Shown here one piece after another: positions 1 to 10,206 of a stretch of 64,000 bases of DNA. The stretch's first letter is position 1. Every line of letters starts with the position of its first letter. A program made the translations under genes and the position numbers. A model generated the notes under the pieces. It was not told the DNA's origin and did not search any database. It saw only the letters and a program-made list of their open reading frames with translations. Origin of the DNA: Candidatus Aenigmatarchaeota archaeon (GTDB lineage: Archaea; Aenigmatarchaeota; Aenigmatarchaeia; Aenigmatarchaeales; JACQIB01); contig JACQIB010000004.1 of the NCBI GenBank assembly GCA_016198755.1, positions 170,913 to 234,912 of the forward strand. Reading direction: 5' to 3'.

Positions 1-251
1 TTGGAACACCAATTCCTGAGAGATACTTAACACTGTTCAACCAGAACCCAGTCTGCACAAACAAAATCGCGCCAACGATTTTGAACCAAACTCTGCGCCA
101 ACAGAGATATGGAAAAGTACTATTATAGTTTTACTCAGCCTATTTAAATAGTTTCTGACACGTCAAAATAGATTTTACAGTATATACTTCGTGCTTTTTT
201 ATTTTATTATAAAACTATTCTATCAAACTATTTATACAAAAAAAGAAATAT

Positions 252-2453
252 TTAGAAAAATTTGTGGAAAAATTCTATAATCAAAGATTGTATATTTATT
301 TCTTTTTCAAATTTTAATGTAAAGGCTCCTGTTGCGCTGGAAGTTCTTGCCTGCTGTGCTGCAGCCAGCATTTCCGGTGAAACCCCATCCACAGCAGGAG
401 CTCCTGAATTATACCAGGCTTCCCAGCTTGTAAATCCTGCTGGAGGAGCCGGTTGATTATAAGGCTGTGGGGCAGGCATTGGAAGTGTTGTTGGAACAAT
501 TATTGTTGTGGAAGTGGTTGTTGTAACTGAAGGCAATAAAGGCTGGATTTGCTGTGCAGAGTGTGCAGCATTTACCCAATCCTGCGGTATCCCATCTCCT
601 GCAGGTGCTCCAGCATTATACCATTCCTGCCAGCTTGAGAAACCAACAGGAGCCTCGGGGATAGTAGAAGGAACAACTGGAGGAACTGTTGTGGGAATTG
701 GTGTAAATATTGTTGTTGGAACAGTTTGAACATTGTTTGTAACAGGAATTAATGTAGTTTGTGTGGTTGCGATGGACTCCCTTGCTCTTGTAACAATATC
801 GCTTGAAACCCCCTCAACAGCAGGAGCTCCTGAACTATACCAATCCTGCCAGCTCGAGAAACCTGCTGGAGGAGCTGGTTCCTGTTGAGCTGGAATAACA
901 GCTTTGTCTGACGGACAACCTTGAACCCAGCCTTCAGGAAGGCAGTTGTTTGGGAATGTTGAACAAACTAAACTAACAGGATTATAAGCCTGTGTTATAA
1001 CCTGCATACATTTCTGTAATATAACAGTGGTTGTTGTTACAGGCGGAAGCCCATGTGCCATAGCATAGACTTCACTTGGTACATCTGGTAGGTTAGGAGA
1101 TCCTGCTGACTGCCAGTCCTGCCATGAAGAAAACCCTTTCGGAGGCTGAAGATTGATAGATTTCTGTGCAAGCGAACGTGCAAAGTTCTCATAATCTGTC
1201 CAGCTTGCAAACCCTTCAGGAGGGGTTTGAGGCGGGGAACCAGGGATATAGGGCTTTCCAGCAGCTTCCCAGTCTGCAACAGAACTATATGGGAAAGAAG
1301 GATTTCCAGTTTTTAATCCCTCTGAAGAAACCATATCAGAAGGCGTTGGGACCGCTGTTAAGGTAGGTTCTGAACGCCTCTCAGGCATACTTTCTAAGTA
1401 TTTTTGCATATCAGCAAGCATTGTTTTCTTTTGCTCCAAATCAAAAGAGCTTAAGCTCTCTTCTGGTATACTTTTTATAAGCTGGTATATATTTTCTGCC
1501 TCTCTTATACCAACTCCTGTTTCAGTCGGAGACATAACCATTCCAGAATTAGCAAAAATCCTTGAACATTCCTCAGCTGTCTTTCCAGAACATTCAACAG
1601 GCCTGTCTTTCTCATAAGCTTCTTTTGCAGCTTTCTGCACAATCTCCTTCAGTGAAACAGTCTGGAAAACAGCAAAAGGCGTTGGATTATCCACTATTTT
1701 CTTATCAAGATCCATACAGGCTTGCTGATCTCCCTGAAACCCGCATTTTAATGCATTTTCACTGTTATGTACGCAAATATCCCTATATTCTTTAACAAGT
1801 ATAGCAGAACAGTCACACTTCCCTGAAGATACACAGTTCTGTACAACTCCAGTAACAGCCTGTTCAGAATCCTTCTCAACTGCTTTTACTTCACTCTCAA
1901 CAAACCTTCTTACCCCATCACTTGCTTTAGTTCCAGAACAATATGGGTCTGATTTAACGGCTTCTATGCTCTGTTTAGCAAGAGAACCGCAATATTCAGC
2001 AGCTCTTACAGCAGCTTCAGCTGAAACCATCATTTTCTCAGATCCTGCAATAGCTCTCTCAGAAAGCTCTTCTGTTGGCAAAGAATCTCTATTTTTCTGA
2101 ACAAAACGTATTACTTGATTTGATAAATCCTTTGCATTTTCAGCCAGCTGCGGCGGCAGTTCCCTTTGCGCAATTTCCATAGTTTCAGTTGAGTGCTGGA
2201 GAGCAATTTCAGACTCTGCTGGCTTTCCAGCTTCACTCATCGCACTAGCTTCATACAACCTTTCTTTCGCTATATCCATTGCAAGCAAAGCTCTTTCATC
2301 CCCTGCTGCTATTGACATTGCAATATTGTCCATGAAAACGTCCATCCCATATAGTATATTGTCAGGAGCAATTCCCCCCCTATTCTCCTGTGCTAATACA
2401 GGCATTCCTAAAACAAGTAAACTAACTAAAATCCCAGCAACTGCTTTTTGCAT
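252..2453 (-). CDS. Secreted repeat protein (733 aa). It has an N-terminal signal peptide, a Cys-rich middle region, and about six copies of a W-rich motif PPxGF(S/A/T)SWQ(D/E)W(Y)xxGAP, separated by Thr/Pro/Val-rich linkers.
   Basis: Long ORF. N-terminus MQKAVAGILVSLLVLGMPVLAQ is a typical signal peptide. The internal repeats are visible at both protein and DNA level (about 330-1260). No recognisable enzymatic motif. Confidence 0.55.
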   Translation of the reverse strand: MQKAVAGILVSLLVLGMPVLAQENRGGIAPDNILYGMDVFMDNIAMSIAAGDERALLAMDIAKERLYEASAMSEAGKPAESEIALQHSTETMEIAQRELPPQLAENAKDLSNQVIRFVQKNRDSLPTEELSERAIAGSEKMMVSAEAAVRAAEYCGSLAKQSIEAVKSDPYCSGTKASDGVRRFVESEVKAVEKDSEQAVTGVVQNCVSSGKCDCSAILVKEYRDICVHNSENALKCGFQGDQQACMDLDKKIVDNPTPFAVFQTVSLKEIVQKAAKEAYEKDRPVECSGKTAEECSRIFANSGMVMSPTETGVGIREAENIYQLIKSIPEESLSSFDLEQKKTMLADMQKYLESMPERRSEPTLTAVPTPSDMVSSEGLKTGNPSFPYSSVADWEAAGKPYIPGSPPQTPPEGFASWTDYENFARSLAQKSINLQPPKGFSSWQDWQSAGSPNLPDVPSEVYAMAHGLPPVTTTTVILQKCMQVITQAYNPVSLVCSTFPNNCLPEGWVQGCPSDKAVIPAQQEPAPPAGFSSWQDWYSSGAPAVEGVSSDIVTRARESIATTQTTLIPVTNNVQTVPTTIFTPIPTTVPPVVPSTIPEAPVGFSSWQEWYNAGAPAGDGIPQDWVNAAHSAQQIQPLLPSVTTTTSTTIIVPTTLPMPAPQPYNQPAPPAGFTSWEAWYNSGAPAVDGVSPEMLAAAQQARTSSATGAFTLKFEKEINIQSLIIEFFHKFF

Positions 2454-2585
2454 ATAATATTTTGTTTCCAGCCTGAATAAAACATACCCCCATTAGACAG
2501 TCGTAGGTTTTGATTTGTCAGACATGTAAATGAAAAATTTGTCAAAATTAAGAAGGTTTAAATAAACTTCTTTCGAACCCTGAAT

Positions 2586-3491
2586 ATGGGAATGAAACAG
2601 GTTTGGAGCGGAGCAATTGGAAGAAAGCCGGATATGGATGCTCTTGCAAAAGAAATCGGAAATCCTCCTATGTACTGTTTTGTCCCGCGCTACATGATTT
2701 CCGGAGGTATGAAAGAGCTGTTCGGAAGCTATTCTCTTACCAATCCTTTTGAAATTTCAATACCTTGGGAGTTGTTTGCTGATCTTTTAGGTGATACAGA
2801 TTACAGAATTAATAAATCTGCTTTTTCTGATCCTATAAGAAACGGTGTTAATAGAGGCAACAATTTAGTTGGGATGTATTTTGTTGAGTATGATGGACTA
2901 TTGAGGGGAAGCGTTTCTGTTGTCAGCAAAGCAGAGACCAAATGGGGATCCCATTTAATTGCACTGAGCAAGCCACATACAATACCACTGACTCCTCATG
3001 AGAAAAAACAACTGGAAAAAATTGATGGTTATAGATCACATGCCAGAACGCAACTGGAAGTTATTGGTAGTCATAAATCACGTATAAGCAGAGAAGCTTT
3101 TAATAAATTATCTGGCAATGATAAGGATGGTCTGCTCATAGCTTTATTAGCATCCACACCCTCTGGAGCTGTTATTGAGGATGTTACTCCTATAGGTAAT
3201 GTTACTGGCTATGAAGAAGCTGTTAAGGCAGCAGAGTATAACAGAGTTCCTGTATCTGATATAGGAGAAAGGTTCAAAGAACTGGAAGCAGAGCTTGCAG
3301 AATTAAAAACCGCTTACAAAACAGACTTTCCAGATGTTGTTATGTTCAACGGTACTCTTCCAGAAAGATTAAAGGGCACTATTCCAAGCGAGTTTGGAAC
3401 AAGGAGAGAAAGGATTTTGGCCAGATTAGGTTCTGAAGCATTTATCAGAGAACTTCGCAGTCAGAAGCTTGCTGCCCCAGTACTTTTATAA
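2586..3491 (+). CDS. Hypothetical protein (301 aa), no recognisable motif
   Basis: Long ORF with an ATG start. A TATA-like tttaaataaa lies about 40 nt upstream. Confidence 0.45.
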   Translation: MGMKQVWSGAIGRKPDMDALAKEIGNPPMYCFVPRYMISGGMKELFGSYSLTNPFEISIPWELFADLLGDTDYRINKSAFSDPIRNGVNRGNNLVGMYFVEYDGLLRGSVSVVSKAETKWGSHLIALSKPHTIPLTPHEKKQLEKIDGYRSHARTQLEVIGSHKSRISREAFNKLSGNDKDGLLIALLASTPSGAVIEDVTPIGNVTGYEEAVKAAEYNRVPVSDIGERFKELEAELAELKTAYKTDFPDVVMFNGTLPERLKGTIPSEFGTRRERILARLGSEAFIRELRSQKLAAPVLL

Positions 3492-3518
3492 GCTTTCCAT
3501 ACACAAACTACAGCTTAT

Positions 3519-3604
3519 GCCCGGGTAGCTCAGCAGGAAGAGCGACTGGCTGTTAAATTGCGGAAACCAGTAGGTCGCAGGTTCGAGTCCTGCCTCGGGC
3601 GCCA
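3519..3604 (+). tRNA. tRNA-Asn(GTT) candidate with an insertion of about 10 nt (mini-intron) in the anticodon arm
   Basis: The sequence parses as acceptor GCCCGGG/CTCGGGC; D-arm GCTC-AGCAGGAA-GAGC; anticodon stem ACTGG/CCAGT enclosing 17 nt (CTGTTA A ATTGCGGAAA); T-arm GCAGG-TTCGAGT-CCTGC; G73 and an encoded CCA. If the intron sits at the canonical 37/38 site, the anticodon loop is CTGTTAA (GTT). Confidence 0.65.
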
Positions 3605-3605
3605 A

Positions 3606-4505
3606 TTATTCGTTTACGATAGCTCTATTTACCACGTTTAACCTGTCTGGATGGTTTCTTACTAAAGCTTTGCTGTAGGGATCTGAAACCCATATTATTG
3701 CAGTTCTGTCAGGAACATTTTCTATAGGGTAAAATTCCGGAGGTGCAAACCCTAACAATTCCAGTTGAGCGCTCATAGCTGTTTCAATCTCTCCTATATT
3801 ATAGTTGTCAGGATCCTTATCAAAGAACGGCTCACATATTTTCCTTGCACCTTTATATCCCTTATCGCCCATTTTTTTCCATCTCTCTGGCACTGTTTCT
3901 AAGAGTTCTGCACAAAGCCTGCTCTTGTCAGGCAGCCACCTATCAAAGGCAGCTTCGAGGACCCCTAACTTCATAAGTTCCTCAGCAACACTAAGATCTA
4001 TAACTTCTGTTCCAAACAAATCACTTACAGCTTTAACATCTTCTTTTTCACAAACCATCCTATAATGGGCGTCACTGCTTCTATTGAATGCAGTTAATTG
4101 AAGTTGAGCTGCGTTGTAAATGTCCAATAAGTCTTGCTCCCTTAATTCTACTCCGCCACTAATTCTGGGGTGCATCCTCCACAGATAGGCGTGTGATATA
4201 TTATCCTGTATACCTGTATTTAGCTGTACAAGCGCTTTTTGAAAGCTATCTTTAACATTATCTGTGAGTCCGCTGGGATTTTTGAAAGTGCATGGAACAA
4301 ACCAGGGAAACCCATTTTCTGCCATGTTTATGTGCAAATATTCATGGGAAATATTAGCTGATGTAGGGTTGTTTGTATAAATTACCCAATATCCCTGTTC
4401 GTATCTTGTATGTGTTTCTGAAACGCCCAAAGGATTTGCAGGCTTCCTTCTAATTTGTATATTTCCCCTAATGCCCAGTTCTTCTTTCCAGTTTACAGCT
4501 GTCAT
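3606..4505 (-). CDS. Putative zinc metallopeptidase (HExxH motif HEYLH), 299 aa
   Basis: Long ORF. A single HExxH (SHEYLHINM) lies near residue 55. No other family signature was recognised by eye. Confidence 0.45.
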   Translation of the reverse strand: MTAVNWKEELGIRGNIQIRRKPANPLGVSETHTRYEQGYWVIYTNNPTSANISHEYLHINMAENGFPWFVPCTFKNPSGLTDNVKDSFQKALVQLNTGIQDNISHAYLWRMHPRISGGVELREQDLLDIYNAAQLQLTAFNRSSDAHYRMVCEKEDVKAVSDLFGTEVIDLSVAEELMKLGVLEAAFDRWLPDKSRLCAELLETVPERWKKMGDKGYKGARKICEPFFDKDPDNYNIGEIETAMSAQLELLGFAPPEFYPIENVPDRTAIIWVSDPYSKALVRNHPDRLNVVNRAIVNE

Positions 4506-4595
4506 TTGGAAGACTAAACCACAAATCTTTAAATATGCACTGTTGTGTCGCAGGTACCATAAACATTAAATAGTCTGTTTTCCAGAGTTCTTAGC

Positions 4596-5279
4596 ATGGA
4601 TTCTGTAATATCCCTTGAGAACGTTGGAAAAGTTTACAGGAATGGAGGGGTTGATACGCCGGCACTTAGCAGTATAAACCTGAAAATAGGGAAGGGGGAT
4701 TTTGCTTCAATAATGGGTCCTTCTGGTTCAGGCAAATCTACATTATTGCACATTATAGGAGCATTAGACAAGCCAAGTTCGGGAAAAGTTATTATTGACG
4801 GGAAAGAAGTTTCAAAGTTAAAAGAGCCGGAAATAGCAAAACTGAGGGGGGAAAAGATAGGTTTTGTTTTTCAGTTTTTCAACCTTTACCCTACTTTAAC
4901 AGCCTTAGAGAACGTGGAACTGCCAATGGTTATAGCAGGAAAGGAAAAAAAAGAGAGAGTTAAACGAGCCAAGGAACTGTTGGAAATGGTTGGGTTAAAA
5001 GAAAAGGCAAACAGCTTCCCTTCCCAGCTTTCAGGCGGACAGAAACAGAGAGTTGCGATAGCAAGGGCGCTTGCAAATAATCCATTATTTGTGCTGGCTG
5101 ATGAACCAACTGGAAACCTTGACTCTAAAAGCGGAAAGGATATAATAGATATACTGGAAAATCTGAACAAGAAAGAAGGAAAAACTGTTGTGATTATAAC
5201 CCATGACCAGTCAATAGCTTCACATTCGAAACATATAATAAGGATAGAAGACGGAAGAATAGTGGGTGGTGCAAAATGA
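4596..5279 (+). CDS. ABC transporter ATP-binding protein (MacB/LolD-like)
   Basis: Walker [10 protein letters not shown]; ABC signature [15 protein letters not shown]; Walker [14 protein letters not shown]; H-loop ITHD. Confidence 0.9.
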   Translation: MDSVISLENVGKVYRNGGVDTPALSSINLKIGKGDFASIMGPSGSGKSTLLHIIGALDKPSSGKVIIDGKEVSKLKEPEIAKLRGEKIGFVFQFFNLYPTLTALENVELPMVIAGKEKKERVKRAKELLEMVGLKEKANSFPSQLSGGQKQRVAIARALANNPLFVLADEPTGNLDSKSGKDIIDILENLNKKEGKTVVIITHDQSIASHSKHIIRIEDGRIVGGAK

Positions 5280-6508
5280 CTGTATTAAAATCAATTATAA
5301 TTGCAATGTCAATAGTTTTAATTTTCTCTTCAGCTGCTATTGCAGCTGCACCTGTAGTCCAAATAACTCTTGTAACAAATCCAATAACAGCTTATCCGGG
5401 CGGAGACGGCTATATACAGGTAAACCTGAAAAACACTGGCACAGCTTCTGCACTAAATATTAAAGCAACAGTTACACCTCTTGATACAGGAATTGTTACA
5501 GACCAAACACCAATTAATATAGGAGGTTTAGCTGTAGGGGACAGTATTTCACAAACATTCAAGTTTTCAGTTCCTTCAACAACACCAGCAGGCCTTTACA
5601 GGATCCATATTGAAATAAGATATTGTCAGGATACTGGCTGCAGCGATACAGACCAGTATGCAATAATAAATGTGCAGTCGCAGCAAATATTGGAGCTGAC
5701 TTCTATAACTCCAAATATAGTTAGCATTGGAAGAAATACAACAACTAAATTCAGCGTTTATAACAGTGGTCAGACTGATATCAGCAACGTTGTTCTTACA
5801 TGGCAGGAACAGAACAATCTTATTCTCCCCCTAGGTTCTAGCAACAGGATAGTTCTTCCTATAATACATGCAAACCAGACATTTGAAATACCCATAGAAA
5901 TGGTTACAAGCCCAAGCATTACACCAGGAGCTTATGCACTGAACATAAAAATGGAGTATACAGACAAGAGCGGAATAAAACAAAATATCAGTTCAATTGC
6001 AGGGGTTATTGTTGGGGGAGCAGGTGATATTGATATTTCAATGCAGGAGTTTTCTGGCAGCACAATAACACTTTCAATAGCAAATATAGGCGTTAACCCA
6101 ACAACTTCGGTTTCTATAACTACCCAAGACCAGAAAGATTTTAGGATACTGGGTGCACAGACTGTTTTCCTTAGCAACATGAACCCTGGTGATTCAACGG
6201 TTGCAACTTTTAATGTTGTTCCTCTTGCAAACATAAGCCAAGGAAGTGGGGCAAATCAGGGAGGTAGAACAGGAGGGTTTAGAGAAGGTGCACAGACATT
6301 GCATGTGACACTCTCATATACAGACACATCAGGCTTCAGGCAGAGTGCAGAGAAAGATGTTAAAATAACAGCAGGTGCAGCAGTTTCAACGGGGCAAACA
6401 CAGAGGTTTGGAAGACAGGATAATACAGTATATTATTTTGTTGCAATATTGGTTGCTGTAGTTGTTATTGTTTATGCTTACGTAAGGTTTAGAAGGAAAA
6501 AGGAGTGA
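5276..6508 (+). CDS. Secreted accessory protein of the ABC exporter, with an N-terminal signal/anchor, Ig/CARDB-like beta-rich repeats and a C-terminal TM helix
   Basis: Its start overlaps the upstream stop (ATGA) and its stop overlaps the downstream start, which suggests translational coupling in one operon. N-terminal hydrophobic segment; C-terminal [22 protein letters not shown] anchor. Confidence 0.5.
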   Translation: MTVLKSIIIAMSIVLIFSSAAIAAAPVVQITLVTNPITAYPGGDGYIQVNLKNTGTASALNIKATVTPLDTGIVTDQTPINIGGLAVGDSISQTFKFSVPSTTPAGLYRIHIEIRYCQDTGCSDTDQYAIINVQSQQILELTSITPNIVSIGRNTTTKFSVYNSGQTDISNVVLTWQEQNNLILPLGSSNRIVLPIIHANQTFEIPIEMVTSPSITPGAYALNIKMEYTDKSGIKQNISSIAGVIVGGAGDIDISMQEFSGSTITLSIANIGVNPTTSVSITTQDQKDFRILGAQTVFLSNMNPGDSTVATFNVVPLANISQGSGANQGGRTGGFREGAQTLHVTLSYTDTSGFRQSAEKDVKITAGAAVSTGQTQRFGRQDNTVYYFVAILVAVVVIVYAYVRFRRKKE

Positions 6509-7779
6509 GCTATCCTATGCGGATAGAAGATATATTTAGGATGTCTTTGAACACAATTCTAAGCAGAAAACTAAGAAGCGGACTGACAATACTCGGAATT
6601 GTAATGGGTGTTGCAGCTGTTATAGCTCTTGTTTCTATTGGGCAGGGGTTGCAGGAGAGTGTTAACCAGCAGCTAAGCTCTCTGGGCGGAAACCTTGTAT
6701 TGATAACCCCAGGAAGTGAACGTGCAACACAGGGGTTTGGCTTTGCTGGTGGGTTTGGAGGGCAGAATTCAAAAACGCTTACTGATTCTGATTTGAGGAT
6801 AATAAAAATAATCCCTGGTATTTTGTATGCAACAGGGGTTGTTTCCGGATCTGTCTCACTCGAATATAACAGCCAGAAATCCGAATCAAGAGCACAGGGA
6901 GTTGAACCTGGTGTATGGGAACTTGTGCAGTCTGTTGACCTTGAATCCGGCAGGTTTCTTTCAAAGAGCGATCCAAATGGTGTTGTTATAGGCAACAGGG
7001 TTGCACACAGCCTTTTTAAAAAGGAAGTTGGAATAAACAGCCAGATAAAGATAAATAACAAAATTTTTCATGTTGTTGGTATATTGAAATCTACTGGAGG
7101 TTTTATTGGCGGTTCGGGAGATAACAGCGTAATAATATCCAAAACCAGCGCAGATGACATAAATCTTGTAAGTTCAGGGGAAAAGGACAGCTATTCTACA
7201 ATATATGTAAAAACCACAGAAGGTTCTGATACAGAGACAGTTTCAGGCTATATACAAGACAGGCTTAGGTCAAATCATCATGTTTCAGAGCAAAACCAAG
7301 ACTTTACAATTAACACTTCCAAAACAATACAGGCGCGCGTTGGTACGATAATAGGCACGATAACTCTTTTTCTTGGAGGTATAGCTGCAATTTCTCTGTT
7401 TGTTGGTGGGGTTGGGATAGCAAACACAATGTTCACATCAGTAATGGAAAGGACAAAGGAAATAGGCGTTCTTAAGTCCCTTGGAATGGCTAATTCTGAT
7501 ATTCTAAGGATGATACTTGTAGAGTCAGCTCTGTTAGGCCTTATGGGCGGTGCAATAGGAGTATTCTTCGGCACTCTTGCTTCTTCTATTATTTCCAGTA
7601 TAGGTGGTATTTCTCCTGCTGCAGGTCCGCTTGCAGGAAGGGCTGTAGGAACCTATGTATCTCTGGAAATGGTTTTGTTCGCTCTTTTATTTTCTGTTTG
7701 CGTGGGCGCTGTTTCAGGCTTGTTCCCAGCAAGGCGTGCAGCAAACTTACAGCCAGTTGAAGCTTTGAGATACGAGTAG
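6505..7779 (+). CDS. ABC transporter permease, FtsX/MacB family (periplasmic MacB-type domain plus 4 TM helices)
   Basis: N-terminal TM; large extracytoplasmic domain; C-terminal FtsX-like TM bundle (ITLFLGGIAAISLFVGGVGIANTMFTSVMERTKEIGVLKSLG). Confidence 0.85.
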   Translation: MSYPMRIEDIFRMSLNTILSRKLRSGLTILGIVMGVAAVIALVSIGQGLQESVNQQLSSLGGNLVLITPGSERATQGFGFAGGFGGQNSKTLTDSDLRIIKIIPGILYATGVVSGSVSLEYNSQKSESRAQGVEPGVWELVQSVDLESGRFLSKSDPNGVVIGNRVAHSLFKKEVGINSQIKINNKIFHVVGILKSTGGFIGGSGDNSVIISKTSADDINLVSSGEKDSYSTIYVKTTEGSDTETVSGYIQDRLRSNHHVSEQNQDFTINTSKTIQARVGTIIGTITLFLGGIAAISLFVGGVGIANTMFTSVMERTKEIGVLKSLGMANSDILRMILVESALLGLMGGAIGVFFGTLASSIISSIGGISPAAGPLAGRAVGTYVSLEMVLFALLFSVCVGAVSGLFPARRAANLQPVEALRYE

Positions 7780-7817
7780 GAGTATATACAACAAGCAAGT
7801 TTATATACTACCTAATA

Positions 7818-8156
7818 GTGATAATATATATGCATGAACTCTCTGGAACAGCTAATGGGATAGATGTTTTAAAAGCTGCAATTGATAGCGTTGGCGGGAA
7901 AAGTCAATATTTGGGAAAAGGCAATACTGGTTTCGGTTCCTCTATTTTACATTCTGGGGAGAAAACAACTTCCGTAGTTTGGAATATGAACGGCGGACAA
8001 TACAAAATCCGCGTTGAGGGTCCGCAGGAAGGGGAAGTATCAGGATCAATACAGCAAGCTTTGGAAGGCGCTGGAACAGTCTCTTCTTTAAAACCAAGAG
8101 AAATGAACGGACCTTATCTAGTAAACGAGCGCGGAACTCCATTGCTAGAGAGTTGA
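7818..8156 (+). CDS. Small hypothetical protein (112 aa)
   Basis: ORF only; Gly/Ser-rich; no motif. Confidence 0.3.
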   Translation: MIIYMHELSGTANGIDVLKAAIDSVGGKSQYLGKGNTGFGSSILHSGEKTTSVVWNMNGGQYKIRVEGPQEGEVSGSIQQALEGAGTVSSLKPREMNGPYLVNERGTPLLES

Positions 8157-8166
8157 AATATAAAAT

Positions 8167-9183
8167 TTACAATAGACCTTTTGGAAAGAAATTCAAGGTA
8201 AATTCTTCTGTTGTAATCATTGGTTCAATATCCGTTAAAACTCTGAAAAACTTGTTTTTAATATCTCTTACAAGAGCTTCAGCATTTTCCTGTTTATCTG
8301 TAGCATACCAGAAATATATTTCAGGCCTTCCAATAACTTTGAATGCCAGATGTATGTCATGTGTACTTTTGATATAATTTACAATTTCTGCTTCTATTTT
8401 CTTTGTCATATAACGAAAGTTCATTTGTACAAAATACTGTATAAGGCCTAATTTTTTATGGACAACAAAAGGGAAAAAAGTTCTGATAATACCATCATGT
8501 ACAAGCCTTCTGAAATGGTTTCTTGCTGTTTCCATTGAGCTTCCAGAAGCTTTCCCAAGCTCCTGATAGTTTGCTAGCCCATCCACAGTATTTAGATGGT
8601 GAAGAATCTTTTTGTCTATATCATCCAAAATATATATATTTTCTGTTGGAATCTCTTTATGTATTTTTTTATATGATTTTTTCCTTGTAAAAATCTGATG
8701 ATCGAGTTTTATATTTTCCATTAAAGTTTTCGAATCATAAGATTCCAAACTATCTCCAAGAAAAGTTAATACATCATCCAGTATATTTTCAAATTCTGCG
8801 GGTTTTTTAACAAGAAACTGCACAAATAGATCCCATCTGCCGAATATGCTTCCTGCCCAGACAACATTGGGGTGGTTTTTGAAGTACTCTTTTATTTCTT
8901 TTTCTCTTTCAGCAGAAGCTCTAAGTTTAATAAAAACATGATATTGATAAATATCTAATTTCTTATATTCAACAGGAGCGAAAAATTTCCATATAATTCC
9001 CCTTTCCTTGAGTTTTCGTATCCTATATAGTATGGCATTCTTGCTTAAACCGACTTCTTTTGCCATTATTCCGAGAGGAGTCCTTGAATTTTCAAGCAAA
9101 ACAGCTAAAAGCTGCTTATCCTTCTGATCAATATTATATATCATATATGGTATATTATTAAACTGTATATTTAAATCTTTCAT
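8167..9183 (-). CDS. Tandem Lrp/AsnC-family transcriptional regulator (two HTH-AsnC + RAM units)
   Basis: Two repeats of DxxDxxILxxLxxNxRxxxxELAxxVGLS...TPGxxD-like architecture (MIYNIDQKDKQLLAVLLENSRTPLGIMAKEVGLSKNAILYRIRKL and ILDDIDKKILHHLNTVDGLANYQELGKASGSSMETARNHFRRL). Confidence 0.8.
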   Translation of the reverse strand: MKDLNIQFNNIPYMIYNIDQKDKQLLAVLLENSRTPLGIMAKEVGLSKNAILYRIRKLKERGIIWKFFAPVEYKKLDIYQYHVFIKLRASAEREKEIKEYFKNHPNVVWAGSIFGRWDLFVQFLVKKPAEFENILDDVLTFLGDSLESYDSKTLMENIKLDHQIFTRKKSYKKIHKEIPTENIYILDDIDKKILHHLNTVDGLANYQELGKASGSSMETARNHFRRLVHDGIIRTFFPFVVHKKLGLIQYFVQMNFRYMTKKIEAEIVNYIKSTHDIHLAFKVIGRPEIYFWYATDKQENAEALVRDIKNKFFRVLTDIEPMITTEEFTLNFFPKGLL

Positions 9184-9251
9184 TTTATAACATAAATATA
9201 TCCAATGGCTTTATATAATGAACTGATATATCTACTGTAGAGTGATAAAAT

Positions 9252-9851
9252 ATGATAGAGAAAAAACCTGTTGAAGCAAGAAAAGTAGTTCCGTTTAGAA
9301 TAGTTCCAAACACTCCTGGAGGATTAGGTGTGTATGTTAACAGTTCAATAGATAATCCAGATGGAGCAGAAATATCTGGTGAATTTTCCACTCTTTTACT
9401 GCCCAATATACGAGTAGAATCCGGTTCTGTATACGCAGTAGAAGGAACTAAAGCAATTTCGATGCTTCTAACAGGTCATGTGCCAAAGGGTGTAGATCTT
9501 ACAGAAATGTACATTGAAAAAGAACTTGCTGCTCAAGGACTTGGAACATATTACTTAAAAGTAGGGGATGTAAGCGATCATATAGACGTTTCATGGGCAA
9601 AGATGGGTACTCTAGATTTAACCCTTTCTACATATTGTCCAAGCCTTGATATGAGAAGGGGAATTTTTGATACACTAGACTTTGGGTATGATGTGAACAG
9701 AAAAGTTCGCGGGCTTGACTTGAGAAGCACTACAATAAAGAATGTAGAAGGTGTGTTGCCAGCTGACACATCTGATATACAAATGGATAAAAATACGAAT
9801 GTTCCTGAAAACTTAAGAGCATATTTGAAAAGAATGAGCGCTGTTATATAA
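9252..9851 (+). CDS. Hypothetical protein (199 aa). Its C-terminus (GVLPADTSD) weakly resembles the 40485-41072 paralog family.
   Basis: ORF; no motif. Confidence 0.4.
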   Translation: MIEKKPVEARKVVPFRIVPNTPGGLGVYVNSSIDNPDGAEISGEFSTLLLPNIRVESGSVYAVEGTKAISMLLTGHVPKGVDLTEMYIEKELAAQGLGTYYLKVGDVSDHIDVSWAKMGTLDLTLSTYCPSLDMRRGIFDTLDFGYDVNRKVRGLDLRSTTIKNVEGVLPADTSDIQMDKNTNVPENLRAYLKRMSAVI

Positions 9852-9880
9852 ACACGTAGGTTAGAATTAGTCTTTACAAA

Positions 9881-10204
9881 TCAAGCAGTGGACATAGGAA
9901 TTATGTTTTGAGGACCAGAAATAAATCTTCTTCCCATATTCGTTGGATAATAAATTTTAGACTTTCCTGAAGTACGCTTACCCTCGCCGCGTCTGCGATA
10001 CACATAATGTCCGCTTTCCAACTTTCTAACAATCTTATAAGTATAGCTTGGATCTTTTCCTAAACCTCGGCAAATATCAGGAACAGAACTGCTAGGGTTA
10101 TTTACTATATACCCAAGAACCTGCATCTCAACAGTACCAGTCCTTGGAACATATTTTACCATGAAAATAATTCGATAGAAAACCTTATTAAGCCTCCTTA
10201 ACAT
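9881..10204 (-). CDS. Winged-helix transcriptional regulator (PadR/MarR-like)
   Basis: LGYIVNNPSSSVPDICRGLGKDPSYTYKIVRKLESGHYVYRR resembles a wHTH recognition helix plus wing. Confidence 0.5.
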   Translation of the reverse strand: MLRRLNKVFYRIIFMVKYVPRTGTVEMQVLGYIVNNPSSSVPDICRGLGKDPSYTYKIVRKLESGHYVYRRRGEGKRTSGKSKIYYPTNMGRRFISGPQNIIPMSTA

Positions 10205-10206
10205 GC

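Noticed and set aside
262-2100. Numerous 60-130-aa ORFs in the track on the opposite strand or in alternative frames of larger genes. Examples are 262-456, 508-729, 1037-1279 and 5932-6234; the many inside 45309-48821 and 60890-63130; and those inside the 16S (30758-32238).
   Set aside because: They lie wholly inside longer ORFs with recognisable domains, or inside the rRNA gene. They have no independent support and are typical shadow ORFs (those over the 16S are GC-rich rRNA sequence read as protein).
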